Below are positions 36,907 to 46,086 of a DNA stretch of 64,000 bases, in pieces. The first letter of the stretch is position 1, and the number at the start of each line of letters is the position of its first letter. The position numbers and the translations under genes were made by a program. Under the pieces are notes generated by a model. The model was not told where the DNA came from and did no database searches. It was given only the letters and a program-made list of their open reading frames with translations. The DNA lies in assembly GCA_001780275.1 (NCBI GenBank), contig MFGB01000007.1, positions 2,280-66,279 of the forward strand. The letters run 5' to 3'. This DNA is from Candidatus Falkowbacteria bacterium RIFOXYA2_FULL_47_19. Lineage in GTDB: Bacteria > Patescibacteriota > Patescibacteriia > Patescibacteriales > UBA12075.

Positions 36907-38982
36907 TTAAATCCATTTTTCTTTTTTCGCTTTGATGGGCAGGGAGAAGCTGAAAACCGTTCCCTGGTTCAGCCGGGATTCAAACCAGATCTTGCCGCCA
37001 ACTTCTTCCAGAAGAGACCTTGATATGTACAAACCCAATCCCGTCCCGCTCGCCTCTATTTTTTTAACGTTATCGGCCCGGAAATATTTTGAAAATATCT
37101 TGGACTGCTGCCGCAGAGGGATGCCGACGCCGTTATCTTTGACCGAAAGGATTATGCTCCCTCCCGCCTTTTTGGCGTTTATTTCGATCCTGCCGCCGGT
37201 GTCGGTGTACTTTATCGAGTTATGGAGAAGATTGTGCATGACCACACGGATAATATTCTTGTCGACTTCGATCGTCGGGATCATCCGGTCGATATTTCTC
37301 GCGACATCGATCTTCTTGTTCTTTATCTGCGTTTCGACTTCCGCCAAAGCGCAATCGATAAGATCGACGATCTCCGCCGGCTCCGGTTCGGCCACGAAAG
37401 TTCCCATTTCGATCTTGGAAATATTCAAAAGAGCGTTAATAAGTTCCGACATCTTGAATACATCCTCATAAATATCGTTTAAATACTCCGCCTGTTCTTT
37501 GGTCACCTGTCCGGCCGCGTCTTTCAGTAATAACTCGGCGGACAGACTTATGCTGGATAGTGGCGTCCGGAGCTGGTGGGAAGCTAACGACACAAATTCG
37601 GATTTGGCCCGATCGATCTCTTTTTGTTCCGTAATGTCGCGTTCGATGGCAATATAGAAAAGGATGCCCTTGTTATCGTCAAAAACCGGAGAGATCCTGA
37701 TCTCGGCTTCGTATTCCGTCCCGTCTTTGCGCTTATTCCTTAATTCGCCGATAAAGGTCTTTTTTTCGTCCCTGATCTTCGTCCACATTATTTTATAGTA
37801 ATCACTGTCCTTTATGCCGCCCCACAGCTTCCGGCTGCCTATTTTTTCGCCGATTATTTCCGATTGGGAATAGCCGGATATTTTTTCGGCGGCCTGATTG
37901 ACGTAGAGGATCGTTCCTTTTTTATCGGTAATTATGACCGTATCAGACGCGTATTTTACCGCTAATTTGAATTTTTTCAGGTCTTCGGTGGAGTCTTTTA
38001 ATTTTTTTTCGACAAGTTTGCTGCCGGTAATATCGATGTCCATACCTAAAGCCCCCCTGATCTCGCCGTCTTCGCGGATCGGGGCGATCGTACTCTGAAA
38101 ATATCTTTTTCCCTCCCCGGACGATCTTTCCGTTTCCCGATCGATGGTTTTTCCTTTCATAGCCTCCCGATTGTTCTTCCCCCATATTTTTTTTTCTTTC
38201 GCGCTTACCCGGGAAACTTCCTTTAGCGTCTTGCCGATGATATTCCCCCAGCTTTTTCGGCATTGCGAGTTCTGTAAAATATATTTGTTCTCTTTGTTCA
38301 TGGCGAACAGGGAGAAAGGCAGGCTATCGATAACCGACTTAAGCAGGGTCCGATTTTCCTTAAGCTGGTTTTCCGCTTTTTTATGGGCCGTAATATCGTT
38401 TATGCAAACCAACAGATTGCTGTATTTGAGCTCCGTATTCGGAAAATTTATCTTTAGCTGGATATTGATCTTCTCCCCGGTCAAGGTCGTGGCGACAGTT
38501 TCTGTTTCAAATTCTTTTTTTCGCTTAGCGATGGCGATCAATTGTTCCTTGAACAAGGGTAGGGATTCATTATTGATTATGCGGCTTAACGGCCCCAGAA
38601 GATCGTCCGCCCTTTTCGCTTTATATAATTTTACCGTAGCCACGTTCACGTACCTGACCGTGACCATATTAAGGGCCCGGCGGACATCTTTCGGGTGATC
38701 TTCGAAGTGACGTTCGAAATTTACGACGCCGCGTTTTTTTAAACGGTTGATGAAGCTTTTTACGCCAGAATAATCCTCTACCCACATCGATACCGGAGCG
38801 TACTCGGTGTATTCGAGCAGATTATTATATCGCTCCTCGCTTAGACGCAGTCTTTCGGCTACGACAAAATCGCCCTCTCGTCTCCCCCGGCTTTTCCTTT
38901 TTTCCCGCCCTTTAACGATTTTTTTCTTTGTATAATTAGCGCATTCTCTAAAACCAATAGGAAATAATCCTTTTTTTAGCAT
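36907..38982 (-). CDS. cytoplasmic multi-PAS sensor histidine kinase
   Basis: Three PAS-like segments, H-box SHQLRTPL, N-box HNLLHNSIKYT, G-boxes DNGVGIP and GTGLGL. No TM helix. Confidence 0.85.
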   Translation of the reverse strand: MLKKGLFPIGFRECANYTKKKIVKGREKRKSRGRREGDFVVAERLRLSEERYNNLLEYTEYAPVSMWVEDYSGVKSFINRLKKRGVVNFERHFEDHPKDVRRALNMVTVRYVNVATVKLYKAKRADDLLGPLSRIINNESLPLFKEQLIAIAKRKKEFETETVATTLTGEKINIQLKINFPNTELKYSNLLVCINDITAHKKAENQLKENRTLLKSVIDSLPFSLFAMNKENKYILQNSQCRKSWGNIIGKTLKEVSRVSAKEKKIWGKNNREAMKGKTIDRETERSSGEGKRYFQSTIAPIREDGEIRGALGMDIDITGSKLVEKKLKDSTEDLKKFKLAVKYASDTVIITDKKGTILYVNQAAEKISGYSQSEIIGEKIGSRKLWGGIKDSDYYKIMWTKIRDEKKTFIGELRNKRKDGTEYEAEIRISPVFDDNKGILFYIAIERDITEQKEIDRAKSEFVSLASHQLRTPLSSISLSAELLLKDAAGQVTKEQAEYLNDIYEDVFKMSELINALLNISKIEMGTFVAEPEPAEIVDLIDCALAEVETQIKNKKIDVARNIDRMIPTIEVDKNIIRVVMHNLLHNSIKYTDTGGRIEINAKKAGGSIILSVKDNGVGIPLRQQSKIFSKYFRADNVKKIEASGTGLGLYISRSLLEEVGGKIWFESRLNQGTVFSFSLPIKAKKEKWI

Positions 38983-39622
38983 AAATATATCTAATTTTAA
39001 AGAAATTATGTAAAACTTAAATTTTGGTTCTTTAGTAAATTTATAATATATATTAATTAAAATTAAATTAAAATATTAAGAAAACATTAAATTTTAATCA
39101 TATTATTATCGTTTATTTATTTATTTTTAATAAATTGCTTTAATTATTATTTTTTTTAAAAAACACCTTGTTTTTTTATAGGTGTTTTTATGGATTATTT
39201 TATATATAAAATGCTTATAAATTGCGAAAGGCAAGTCTTGCTCTCCGGCTTAACTTAAATACTCCCAGGAATTTCGCGCTTCCCTGACTGTCCTCTCTAT
39301 TTGATTAATTAACGCTATTACGCTCATGGTGATCAGTAATAGCAGAAAAGCGCTAACACAAATAATGACCTGAACGACCCGCTACAAAAATTCCCGAAAT
39401 AAGTAGTCCAAAGAGCTCGACTTGCTTCCATCATGAAGGCTATCAGGCGTTAGTTAAAGAAAGCTGAAATAAAAATGAAAATCAACGGAATAATCGGTTA
39501 TTGGCGGAGCCTTGGCGAAAAACCGAAAACATTGTTAAGGGTCGTCGATCTTCTTATATTACAGCAGAAAAATTATACAAAAAGAGCAGACTTTAAATGC
39601 CCGCTCTTGCCGATAAAAAATC

Positions 39623-39838
39623 TTATTCGAGAGTTATGGCTCCCTTGGGGCAAACCGCTACGCAGGCGCCGCATTCGATGCATTTTTCCTTATCTATTTC
39701 CACTTTATCTTTTCTGACGATCGCCTGAACCGGGCAGATCTCGACACAGCCATTACAGGCTTCACTTTGGCCGCAATCGCAGGAAACGCATTTGCCGTCC
39801 CGCCAACAACATTTATCGTAATCTATTTTTATGCTCAT
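39623..39838 (-). CDS. 2x[4Fe-4S] ferredoxin
   Basis: CNGCVEICP and CIECGACVAVCP cluster motifs in 71 aa. Confidence 0.8.
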   Translation of the reverse strand: MSIKIDYDKCCWRDGKCVSCDCGQSEACNGCVEICPVQAIVRKDKVEIDKEKCIECGACVAVCPKGAITLE

Positions 39839-39919
39839 AAGTTATGATTTTATTTTATTATTAATATTTAATATAGCATACGATCGGAAGTTATACAAAT
39901 TATACAAATTCCTTCATTT

Positions 39920-39948
39920 ATAAAAAACAGGAAGCTATTTTCCTGTTC
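39920..39948 (-). terminator. terminator after the 39960..40415 gene
   Basis: The minus strand reads AACAGGAA-aatagc-TTCCTGTT followed by TTTTAT. Confidence 0.7.
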
Positions 39949-39959
39949 TTCGTTTGATT

Positions 39960-40415
39960 TTAACGGCGGTATTCGAGTTCTACTCTGACAAGGGGGTAGC
40001 GATTACCCATGATTTCGATAAAAATAGTATCGTCTATGATCCCTGCCGGATTTCTTATAAGTAAAAAATTATTCTGCCGACCGTCATTGCGGCCTGTGTT
40101 TTTATGCTGCCGCACCTGAATATCCCAAAAACCGGGTTCACGGCCATCGGAAAAAAATAGTTTAAAAATCTCGTCATGTTCTTCGGGGCATATCGAGCCG
40201 ACATTACCCAGGTCAAAACAATAAGCAATATCAATCTTCGGCATCTTTTTGGCTATCAATATGATATCCTGGACGGTTTGGGCGCCGCTCGCCCCTGGAT
40301 CATGATTAAAAATAACTTCCAGGGCCGTGCAGGTCTTGCACCAGCATATCCTGCTTTCGGTCCCACATCCGAATTCCCTTCGCCAACGGTTGATAAATCC
40401 TAATTTATCGTCCAT
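39960..40415 (-). CDS. hypothetical Cys-rich protein
   Basis: Start at the ATG at 40415, preceded by AAGGAGG. The N-terminus carries CGTESRICWCKTC. No family recognised. Confidence 0.45.
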   Translation of the reverse strand: MDDKLGFINRWRREFGCGTESRICWCKTCTALEVIFNHDPGASGAQTVQDIILIAKKMPKIDIAYCFDLGNVGSICPEEHDEIFKLFFSDGREPGFWDIQVRQHKNTGRNDGRQNNFLLIRNPAGIIDDTIFIEIMGNRYPLVRVELEYRR

Positions 40416-40561
40416 TTCTCCTCCTTCGCAGCCCATCGCCGCGTTCTTTTATTTGAAAGAACTATTTTACCGGCAATATTAATTTATATGAATTCTGTTC
40501 CGCCGTCAAGGCAAAAAACAAAACGTAAATTCGACAACCGGCCCTGACCGCATGAACTAAT

Positions 40562-41095
40562 TTATAGCCTTTTTAACCATTTTAATATTACCCAGGCGAT
40601 CATGCCCCCGGTAACGGCCGTGAATAGTTGCGGCCAGCTCATCATCTGCGCAACTTTTACGGCTAGTTCCTGTTTCAAAAGCAGCTGGCCGATCAAATTA
40701 ACGCTTCCGAATAAAAATAAGGATTTTAATCCCGCTCCGATAAAAACTCCCAGCCAATATCCCTTTTTGTCGTCTTTTATGCTCGAATACCACCACTCTA
40801 CGCTTAAAATAAAAATAACGTTCGAGATCATGATAAAAGGCACGACCGGAGACAGTATGGCGGGCAAAAGACCTCCTGAAAGCGCCAAGAGGCTCGGCAC
40901 CAGGCACAAAACCAGAGCGCTCCTCACACCTACTATGAACAAAACGATAATAAGAATAGCATTCACGATCGGACCCGTGATCCACTGCAGATGAATGAAA
41001 AACGGCAGCGCAGACGCGATGCCGAACATGGCTAAAAACCAGGCTGTTTCGCGGATATTCAATTTTACGGCCGTTTGTTCTTTGGTATAAGGCAT
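40562..41095 (-). CDS. hypothetical polytopic membrane protein (5-6 TM)
   Basis: Its ATG lies 2 nt after the hydA stop. Hydrophobic throughout. Confidence 0.55.
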   Translation of the reverse strand: MPYTKEQTAVKLNIRETAWFLAMFGIASALPFFIHLQWITGPIVNAILIIVLFIVGVRSALVLCLVPSLLALSGGLLPAILSPVVPFIMISNVIFILSVEWWYSSIKDDKKGYWLGVFIGAGLKSLFLFGSVNLIGQLLLKQELAVKVAQMMSWPQLFTAVTGGMIAWVILKWLKRL

Positions 41096-41097
41096 AT

Positions 41098-42831
41098 TCA
41101 ATATTTCCTTCTCTTCTTATATTTAGTATGCAGTACGGCGTGCTCCAGTTTATGGTTCTCATTTTTTAGCCATTTCAGGACATCCAGAGCCCCTTTATTG
41201 TCGTAAGATTTGCGGAACGCGCTTTTTTTATCGATTTCGTGCAAAGCCGCCGCCCGTTCGCTTATTATCTTCCGGCTGGTGGGGATCGGCTGTCCGCCGC
41301 CGCCGATGCAGCCGCCCGGACAGGCCATCACTTCGATATAATCGTATTTTTTCAAATTTTTCAAAACCGGTTCGACGTGGCCTATGCCGTTAACGACGGC
41401 GACCCGGAGCATCTTGCCGGCTACCGCCACGGTCGCTTCTTTTATGTCTTCGCTTCCGCGCACCGCCTTATAATCCACGCGCGACCGGCAAACGCCGCTT
41501 CGCCTGTCCCCGCAGGCCAGAACATGGGCGGCGCGCAAAGCCGACTCCATGACCCCGCCGGAACCACCGAAGATCGCGGCCGCTCCGGAATATTCGCCCA
41601 GCGGATTATCTGCCCGGCTTTTTTTTAATTTCGACAGGTCAAGATTATTCTTTTTGAGCATAAAAGAAAATTCCCGGGTCGTCAAAACGTTGTCGACCGG
41701 ATACAGGCCTTTGATTTTCATCTCCGGACGCTTCGCTTCGTATTTTTTGGCCGTACAAGGCATAATAGAAACCACCACGATATTTTTCGGATTTAACCCC
41801 ATTTTTTTCGCCCAATAGGTTTTGATTATTCCTCCGCCGTGGATATGGGGGCTTCTCGCCGTGGTCAGATGCGGCAATATTTCGGGATGGTAGATCTCCG
41901 CGTAATTAACCCATCCGGGACAACAGGAGGTGATCATCGGCATCGGCGCTTTCGCGGTCTTTTTCGACAGCCTCGAGAGCAGCTCCTCCGCTTCGATAAT
42001 AGTCGTTATGTCGGCGGAAAAATTCACGTCGAATACGTAATCGAAGCCGAGCTGGCGAAGGCCGGCCACTATCTGCTCCGTGACTATTTGGCCGTAAGGC
42101 AAACCGAAATCTTCTCCGATCGACACGCGGATCGAAGGCGCGAATTGAGCCACCATGATCTTGCCGCTCTTGGATTTATTTTTAATGAGGCTTTCCGCGT
42201 CCCTCCACTGCGCCTGCTCCTGGGCCGCCGATACCGGACAATGAACGGCGCATTGGCCGCAGAGGATGCATTGGATATTTTTCTTTTTCGTCGGAACCAC
42301 TTCCTGGTTTACGCCCTTCCCCGCCAGCTCAAGATAATGTATGTTCTGCAGGAGCGAGCAGGCGTCAACACAATTACGGCAATCGATACATTGCGTGCCG
42401 TCGATCTCGACGGCATTGGCGAATTTATAGGTTCGGCGGTCTTTCTTCCGGTCGCGGAAGGTGGTGATCAATAGTTTATATTTTTGGGCCGTTTTAAGGA
42501 GCTTGCATTCAAAGCGCCAAATGCACTCGGGGCACTTTTCGATATGTTCGGCATAGATCAATTCCAGATTCGCGTTCCTGGCCCTCCTGACGCGTCCGCT
42601 CTCGGTCAATATCTCCATGCCGTTCTCCGCCTTGGTCGAACAGGACGTTACCAGATTCTTCCGTCCGACCACTTCCACTACGCAAACCCGGCAATTGGCT
42701 TTTATGGGCAGATCCGGATGCCCGCATAGTCCGGGGATATTGATCCCCTTGGACTTTGCCGCCCGCATGATGGTCGACCCCTCCTCGCAAGCTACCGTTT
42801 TGCCGTTTATTTTTATCTTGATCATTTTCAT
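41098..42831 (-). CDS. hydA: [FeFe]-hydrogenase catalytic subunit (CpI-like M3 architecture)
   Basis: N-terminal 2Fe-2S domain, His-ligated cluster motif HIEKCPECIWRFEC, two 4Fe-4S motifs, and H-cluster motifs TSCCPGW, MPCTAKKYE, VMACPGGCIGGGGQP. Confidence 0.9.
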   Translation of the reverse strand: MKMIKIKINGKTVACEEGSTIMRAAKSKGINIPGLCGHPDLPIKANCRVCVVEVVGRKNLVTSCSTKAENGMEILTESGRVRRARNANLELIYAEHIEKCPECIWRFECKLLKTAQKYKLLITTFRDRKKDRRTYKFANAVEIDGTQCIDCRNCVDACSLLQNIHYLELAGKGVNQEVVPTKKKNIQCILCGQCAVHCPVSAAQEQAQWRDAESLIKNKSKSGKIMVAQFAPSIRVSIGEDFGLPYGQIVTEQIVAGLRQLGFDYVFDVNFSADITTIIEAEELLSRLSKKTAKAPMPMITSCCPGWVNYAEIYHPEILPHLTTARSPHIHGGGIIKTYWAKKMGLNPKNIVVVSIMPCTAKKYEAKRPEMKIKGLYPVDNVLTTREFSFMLKKNNLDLSKLKKSRADNPLGEYSGAAAIFGGSGGVMESALRAAHVLACGDRRSGVCRSRVDYKAVRGSEDIKEATVAVAGKMLRVAVVNGIGHVEPVLKNLKKYDYIEVMACPGGCIGGGGQPIPTSRKIISERAAALHEIDKKSAFRKSYDNKGALDVLKWLKNENHKLEHAVLHTKYKKRRKY

Positions 42832-42837
42832 ATATAT

Positions 42838-43608
42838 TTATAATTTGATCTTTCTCAGATTCTGATAGATCAGATGGGAGTAAATCAAAACAAAAGGCAT
42901 AAAAGCGAAAGAGACGATCTGGGAAACAAAATTCCATATGACCACGAATGTTTCATTTTTCGTAAAAGTTAAGGGAAGAACTATTAATAAAAAAAACAAT
43001 GCCTGCAATAACAGCAATCGGCCCGCTACCGCCCACCAATATCCCCGGACCAATTCCCGGCTGCGTTTGATAGCGCTTACCCCCCCGACGCCCTCATAAA
43101 CCAAAAACCACAGGGCAAAACCGTAATTGATCGCCGCGATAATGCCGGGAACGACCAGTAATAAGGTCCAGAGGAATACGAAAACCGCCGTGATGACGCT
43201 GGTCGCGAAAAATTTCCAGGATATTTTTTTCGCTTCCAAAAAAGATCCTTTGACGGTCGGGCGCTCCCCGGCGTTTTTAACCATAACGAAAAGGCCGGCT
43301 CGGGAGATGATCGCTATGACCACCAGGAATACCACGCTCCCCGCCCCCAAGAGGATCAACAGATATCTCAGGAACAATAATACTATATTGCCGTTGTTCA
43401 AAAAAGTCAGGACGCCGTTCAGGATAAATATTATCGCCAGAGGCAGCAATCCTAAAAGGGGCACTAATAACATGCCGACAAACCGCCAAAAATTATTTTT
43501 GTATAAAACCCATGATTCTTTAAGCAAGACCGCGACGGGACTTATTTTTCTGTTTATCGGACCGCCAGCTCGCGCCTCGGCGGAGGCCGTTGTTTGTGAT
43601 TGTGACAT
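42838..43608 (-). CDS. hypothetical polytopic membrane protein (about 6 TM)
   Basis: 256-aa hydrophobic ORF lying between the nuoF-like gene and hydA, separated from each by 11 nt or less. Confidence 0.6.
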   Translation of the reverse strand: MSQSQTTASAEARAGGPINRKISPVAVLLKESWVLYKNNFWRFVGMLLVPLLGLLPLAIIFILNGVLTFLNNGNIVLLFLRYLLILLGAGSVVFLVVIAIISRAGLFVMVKNAGERPTVKGSFLEAKKISWKFFATSVITAVFVFLWTLLLVVPGIIAAINYGFALWFLVYEGVGGVSAIKRSRELVRGYWWAVAGRLLLLQALFFLLIVLPLTFTKNETFVVIWNFVSQIVSFAFMPFVLIYSHLIYQNLRKIKL

Positions 43609-43619
43609 GGTTTAAAAAA

Positions 43620-44714
43620 TTAATTGCTTAATTTACAGGTAAGGCAATCAGCGATCATTTTTCGATCGGCTTTGGGCAATTTCATCCTTTCGCCCACAGG
43701 GGTCATGACTACGTTTTCCAAAAAAGAAAAAATCGCCGTCGGCGCGGAGCTGCCGAGTCCGCAAAAACTGGTTTCGCTCAGGTTATTCAAAAGTTCCAGG
43801 AGCATCTGCCAGTTGGTATTCTTGTCACCTAAAAGTTCGCGCAGGCGGAAAGTGCCTTCGCGGCAGGGCGTGCATTGGCCGCAGGATTCGGACCGGAAAA
43901 AATCCGCCCATTTTTTTATGAGCACCATCGGATCGTGCTTGATGGCGCTATACACGGTTATAGAACCGCTCCCGACGGCCGGCCGTTTCAGCTGCTTTGA
44001 ATTCAGTACGACCCCGGAACCGTCGCCTCCGACCTGGATAAAAAAATCGAATCCCGGATAATTATCCGTTTTTTTGAGGATCTTTTCGATGGTCCAGTCG
44101 GACGGAAAACGGTAAACCCCGGTCCAAAGGCAATCGCCGTTGATCGTATAAAAACGCTCCCCCTTATATTCCCCGGCCGCGGCCAAGCTAACGTCATAGA
44201 AGGTTTCCACGTTATTAACGAGCGTCGGAGAATTCCAAAGTCCGTTCGTCGGCGGGAACGGCGGCCGCAAACGCGGTTCGACGCGTTTTCCCTCGATGCC
44301 GTTTAACACGGAGGTTTCTTCGCCGCCCGCGTATCCGGCCGTCTTCGGCTTATTGAATATAGTTACAGGCAAAGAGCCGATCGTTTGTTTTAATTTTTTG
44401 ACCAATTTCTTGTTTTTCGAATACCGGGGATTCAGGTAAACATATCCTTTGACGTCAATTTTCTTCTTTCCGCGCCCGCGGTCGCCGAGGTATTCGATGG
44501 CCAGTCTCATGCCGTCCATGAATCGTTCCGGATGATTTTCCAATATGAACAGATCTTTTTTTACGCCCGGTTCCCCCTCGGAAGCGTTGGCGATCACGTA
44601 TTTTTCGCTTCCATGGGCCTTTTTCACGAACTCCCACTTAAGACCGGTCGGAAAGCCGCCGCCGCCGCGCCCCACAAGACCAGCTTTTTTTATTTGGATT
44701 ATTATATTGGGCAT
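43620..44714 (-). CDS. NuoF/HydB-like NAD(P)H-binding flavoprotein subunit
   Basis: GRGGGGFPTGLKW, EGEPGVKKD, GGEETSVLNGIEGKRVEPRLRPPFP, NNVET, ESCGQCTPCREG. The start is moved to the ATG at 44714. Confidence 0.85.
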   Translation of the reverse strand: MPNIIIQIKKAGLVGRGGGGFPTGLKWEFVKKAHGSEKYVIANASEGEPGVKKDLFILENHPERFMDGMRLAIEYLGDRGRGKKKIDVKGYVYLNPRYSKNKKLVKKLKQTIGSLPVTIFNKPKTAGYAGGEETSVLNGIEGKRVEPRLRPPFPPTNGLWNSPTLVNNVETFYDVSLAAAGEYKGERFYTINGDCLWTGVYRFPSDWTIEKILKKTDNYPGFDFFIQVGGDGSGVVLNSKQLKRPAVGSGSITVYSAIKHDPMVLIKKWADFFRSESCGQCTPCREGTFRLRELLGDKNTNWQMLLELLNNLSETSFCGLGSSAPTAIFSFLENVVMTPVGERMKLPKADRKMIADCLTCKLSN

Positions 44715-44742
44715 AAAATATTCTTTAACTGATACGAAAACC

Positions 44743-44867
44743 AAGAAACAAGATACAAGGATACAAACAAATTTCAAATAACAAATTCCAAATACTGGAA
44801 CTTTTTGATTTTTGGATATTGGAATTTGAAATTTGTTTGGTTATTGTATCTTATATCTTTGTATCTT
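44743..44867. repeat. long interrupted AT-rich inverted repeat between gap and the hydrogenase operon
   Basis: CAAACAAATTTCAAA (44764-44778) pairs with TTTGAAATTTGTTTG (44825-44839). ATTCCAA pairs with TTGGAAT. GATACAA (2 copies) pairs with TTGTATC (2 copies). Confidence 0.85.
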
Positions 44868-44891
44868 AACCATCGTTTTAATTCTAATGGT

Positions 44892-45899
44892 CTATATTAA
44901 TTTTTTTCTCCCGAAATATTCCACCAGATCCACCATCCTGTTCGAATAGCCCCATTCGTTATCGTACCAGGCGATCACTTTCACTAAATTGCCGCCGACC
45001 ACTTTCGTCAGGCCAAGATCGATTATCGAACTGGCCGGATTACCGATTATATCGGTCGATACCAGGGGGGCGTCCGTAACCTCCAGAATACCCTTAAGAC
45101 GGGCGCTCCGGGCCGCTTTTTTGAATGCCGTATTTATCTTTTTTTCATCGGTTTTTTTGCGGGTAACGAAAACAATATCGCAAAGCGATCCCACCGGAGT
45201 CGGTACGCGGACCGACATTCCGTCAAATTTTCCCCTTAAGGCCGGGATGGTTTCGGCCGCGGCGATAGCGGCCCCGGTCGTCGTCGGCACCATATTTATG
45301 CCCGCGGCCCTGGCCCGCCTTAAATCCTTATGCGGGCCGTCCACTATCCGCTGGTCAGCGGTATAGGAATGGATAGTGGTCATGATCGCTTTTTCAATTC
45401 CGAATTCCCGCCTGATAACGTCGGTCGCCGGGGCAAGACAGTTGGTCGTGCAGGAGGCGTTAGACAGGATCCGGTCGGTTTTTTTAATTTTATCCTCGTT
45501 CACTCCCATGACGATCGTTTTTATGTTGCCCTTGGCAGGCGCGCTTATGATCACTTTTTTGGCGCCGGCCTTTAGATGGAGCCCCGCGCCGTCCTTATCC
45601 CTGAAAAAACCGGTCGATTCGATCACTATGTCCACTTCCATTTCTTTCCAGGGGAGTTCCCCCGGATCTTTGGCGGCAAAAACCGGATATTTCCTGTTAT
45701 TTACGATCAGGGCGTCTTTTTTATATCCGATTTTCCCCGAAAACCGGCCATATACCGAATCGTACGCGAGCAAATGCGCCAGAGTGGCCGTATCGGTCAG
45801 ATCGTTTATGCCAACGATTTTGTGCGCCGACTTTTTGCTTAAAACGGCTTTAAACACGGCCCGGCCGATCCTGCCGAAACCATTAATAGCGATATTCAT
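44892..45899 (-). CDS. gap: glyceraldehyde-3-phosphate dehydrogenase, type I
   Basis: INGFGRIGR and active site SNASCTTNCLAP. Confidence 0.95.
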   Translation of the reverse strand: MNIAINGFGRIGRAVFKAVLSKKSAHKIVGINDLTDTATLAHLLAYDSVYGRFSGKIGYKKDALIVNNRKYPVFAAKDPGELPWKEMEVDIVIESTGFFRDKDGAGLHLKAGAKKVIISAPAKGNIKTIVMGVNEDKIKKTDRILSNASCTTNCLAPATDVIRREFGIEKAIMTTIHSYTADQRIVDGPHKDLRRARAAGINMVPTTTGAAIAAAETIPALRGKFDGMSVRVPTPVGSLCDIVFVTRKKTDEKKINTAFKKAARSARLKGILEVTDAPLVSTDIIGNPASSIIDLGLTKVVGGNLVKVIAWYDNEWGYSNRMVDLVEYFGRKKLI

Positions 45900-45928
45900 A
45901 GTTTATGTAATTTTAATTTATAATTCCA

Positions 45929-45984
45929 AAAAGCTAAAAGCTAAAAGCTAAAAGCTAAAAGCTAAAAGCTAAAAGCTAAAAGCT
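45929..45984. repeat. perfect tandem heptamer array (AAAAGCT)x8
   Basis: Eight uninterrupted copies, 30 nt upstream of the gap start codon. Reads AGCTTTT on the gap strand. Confidence 0.97.
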
Positions 45985-46030
45985 AATAATATTATATCAC
46001 AAATTACGAAAAACAAAAAAGTCCCTTTTT

Positions 46031-46068
46031 TAAAACTAAAATAGGGAATGGACGAATATCCATTCCCT
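46031..46068 (-). terminator. terminator of the protease gene
   Basis: AGGGAATGGA/TCCATTCCCT 10-bp stem. The minus strand continues with ATTTTAGTTTT. Confidence 0.7.
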
Positions 46069-46086
46069 GGCGGTTTTTAAAAATTC

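Noticed and set aside
39475-39717. Plus-strand 80-aa ORF overlapping the ferredoxin gene end.
   Set aside because: It has no RBS, a basic low-complexity translation, and overlaps the well-supported ferredoxin CDS and its terminator.
45929-45984. Heptamer arrays considered as a possible CRISPR or mini-array.
   Set aside because: The unit is only 7 nt with no spacers, and there are no cas genes. This is a simple tandem repeat.
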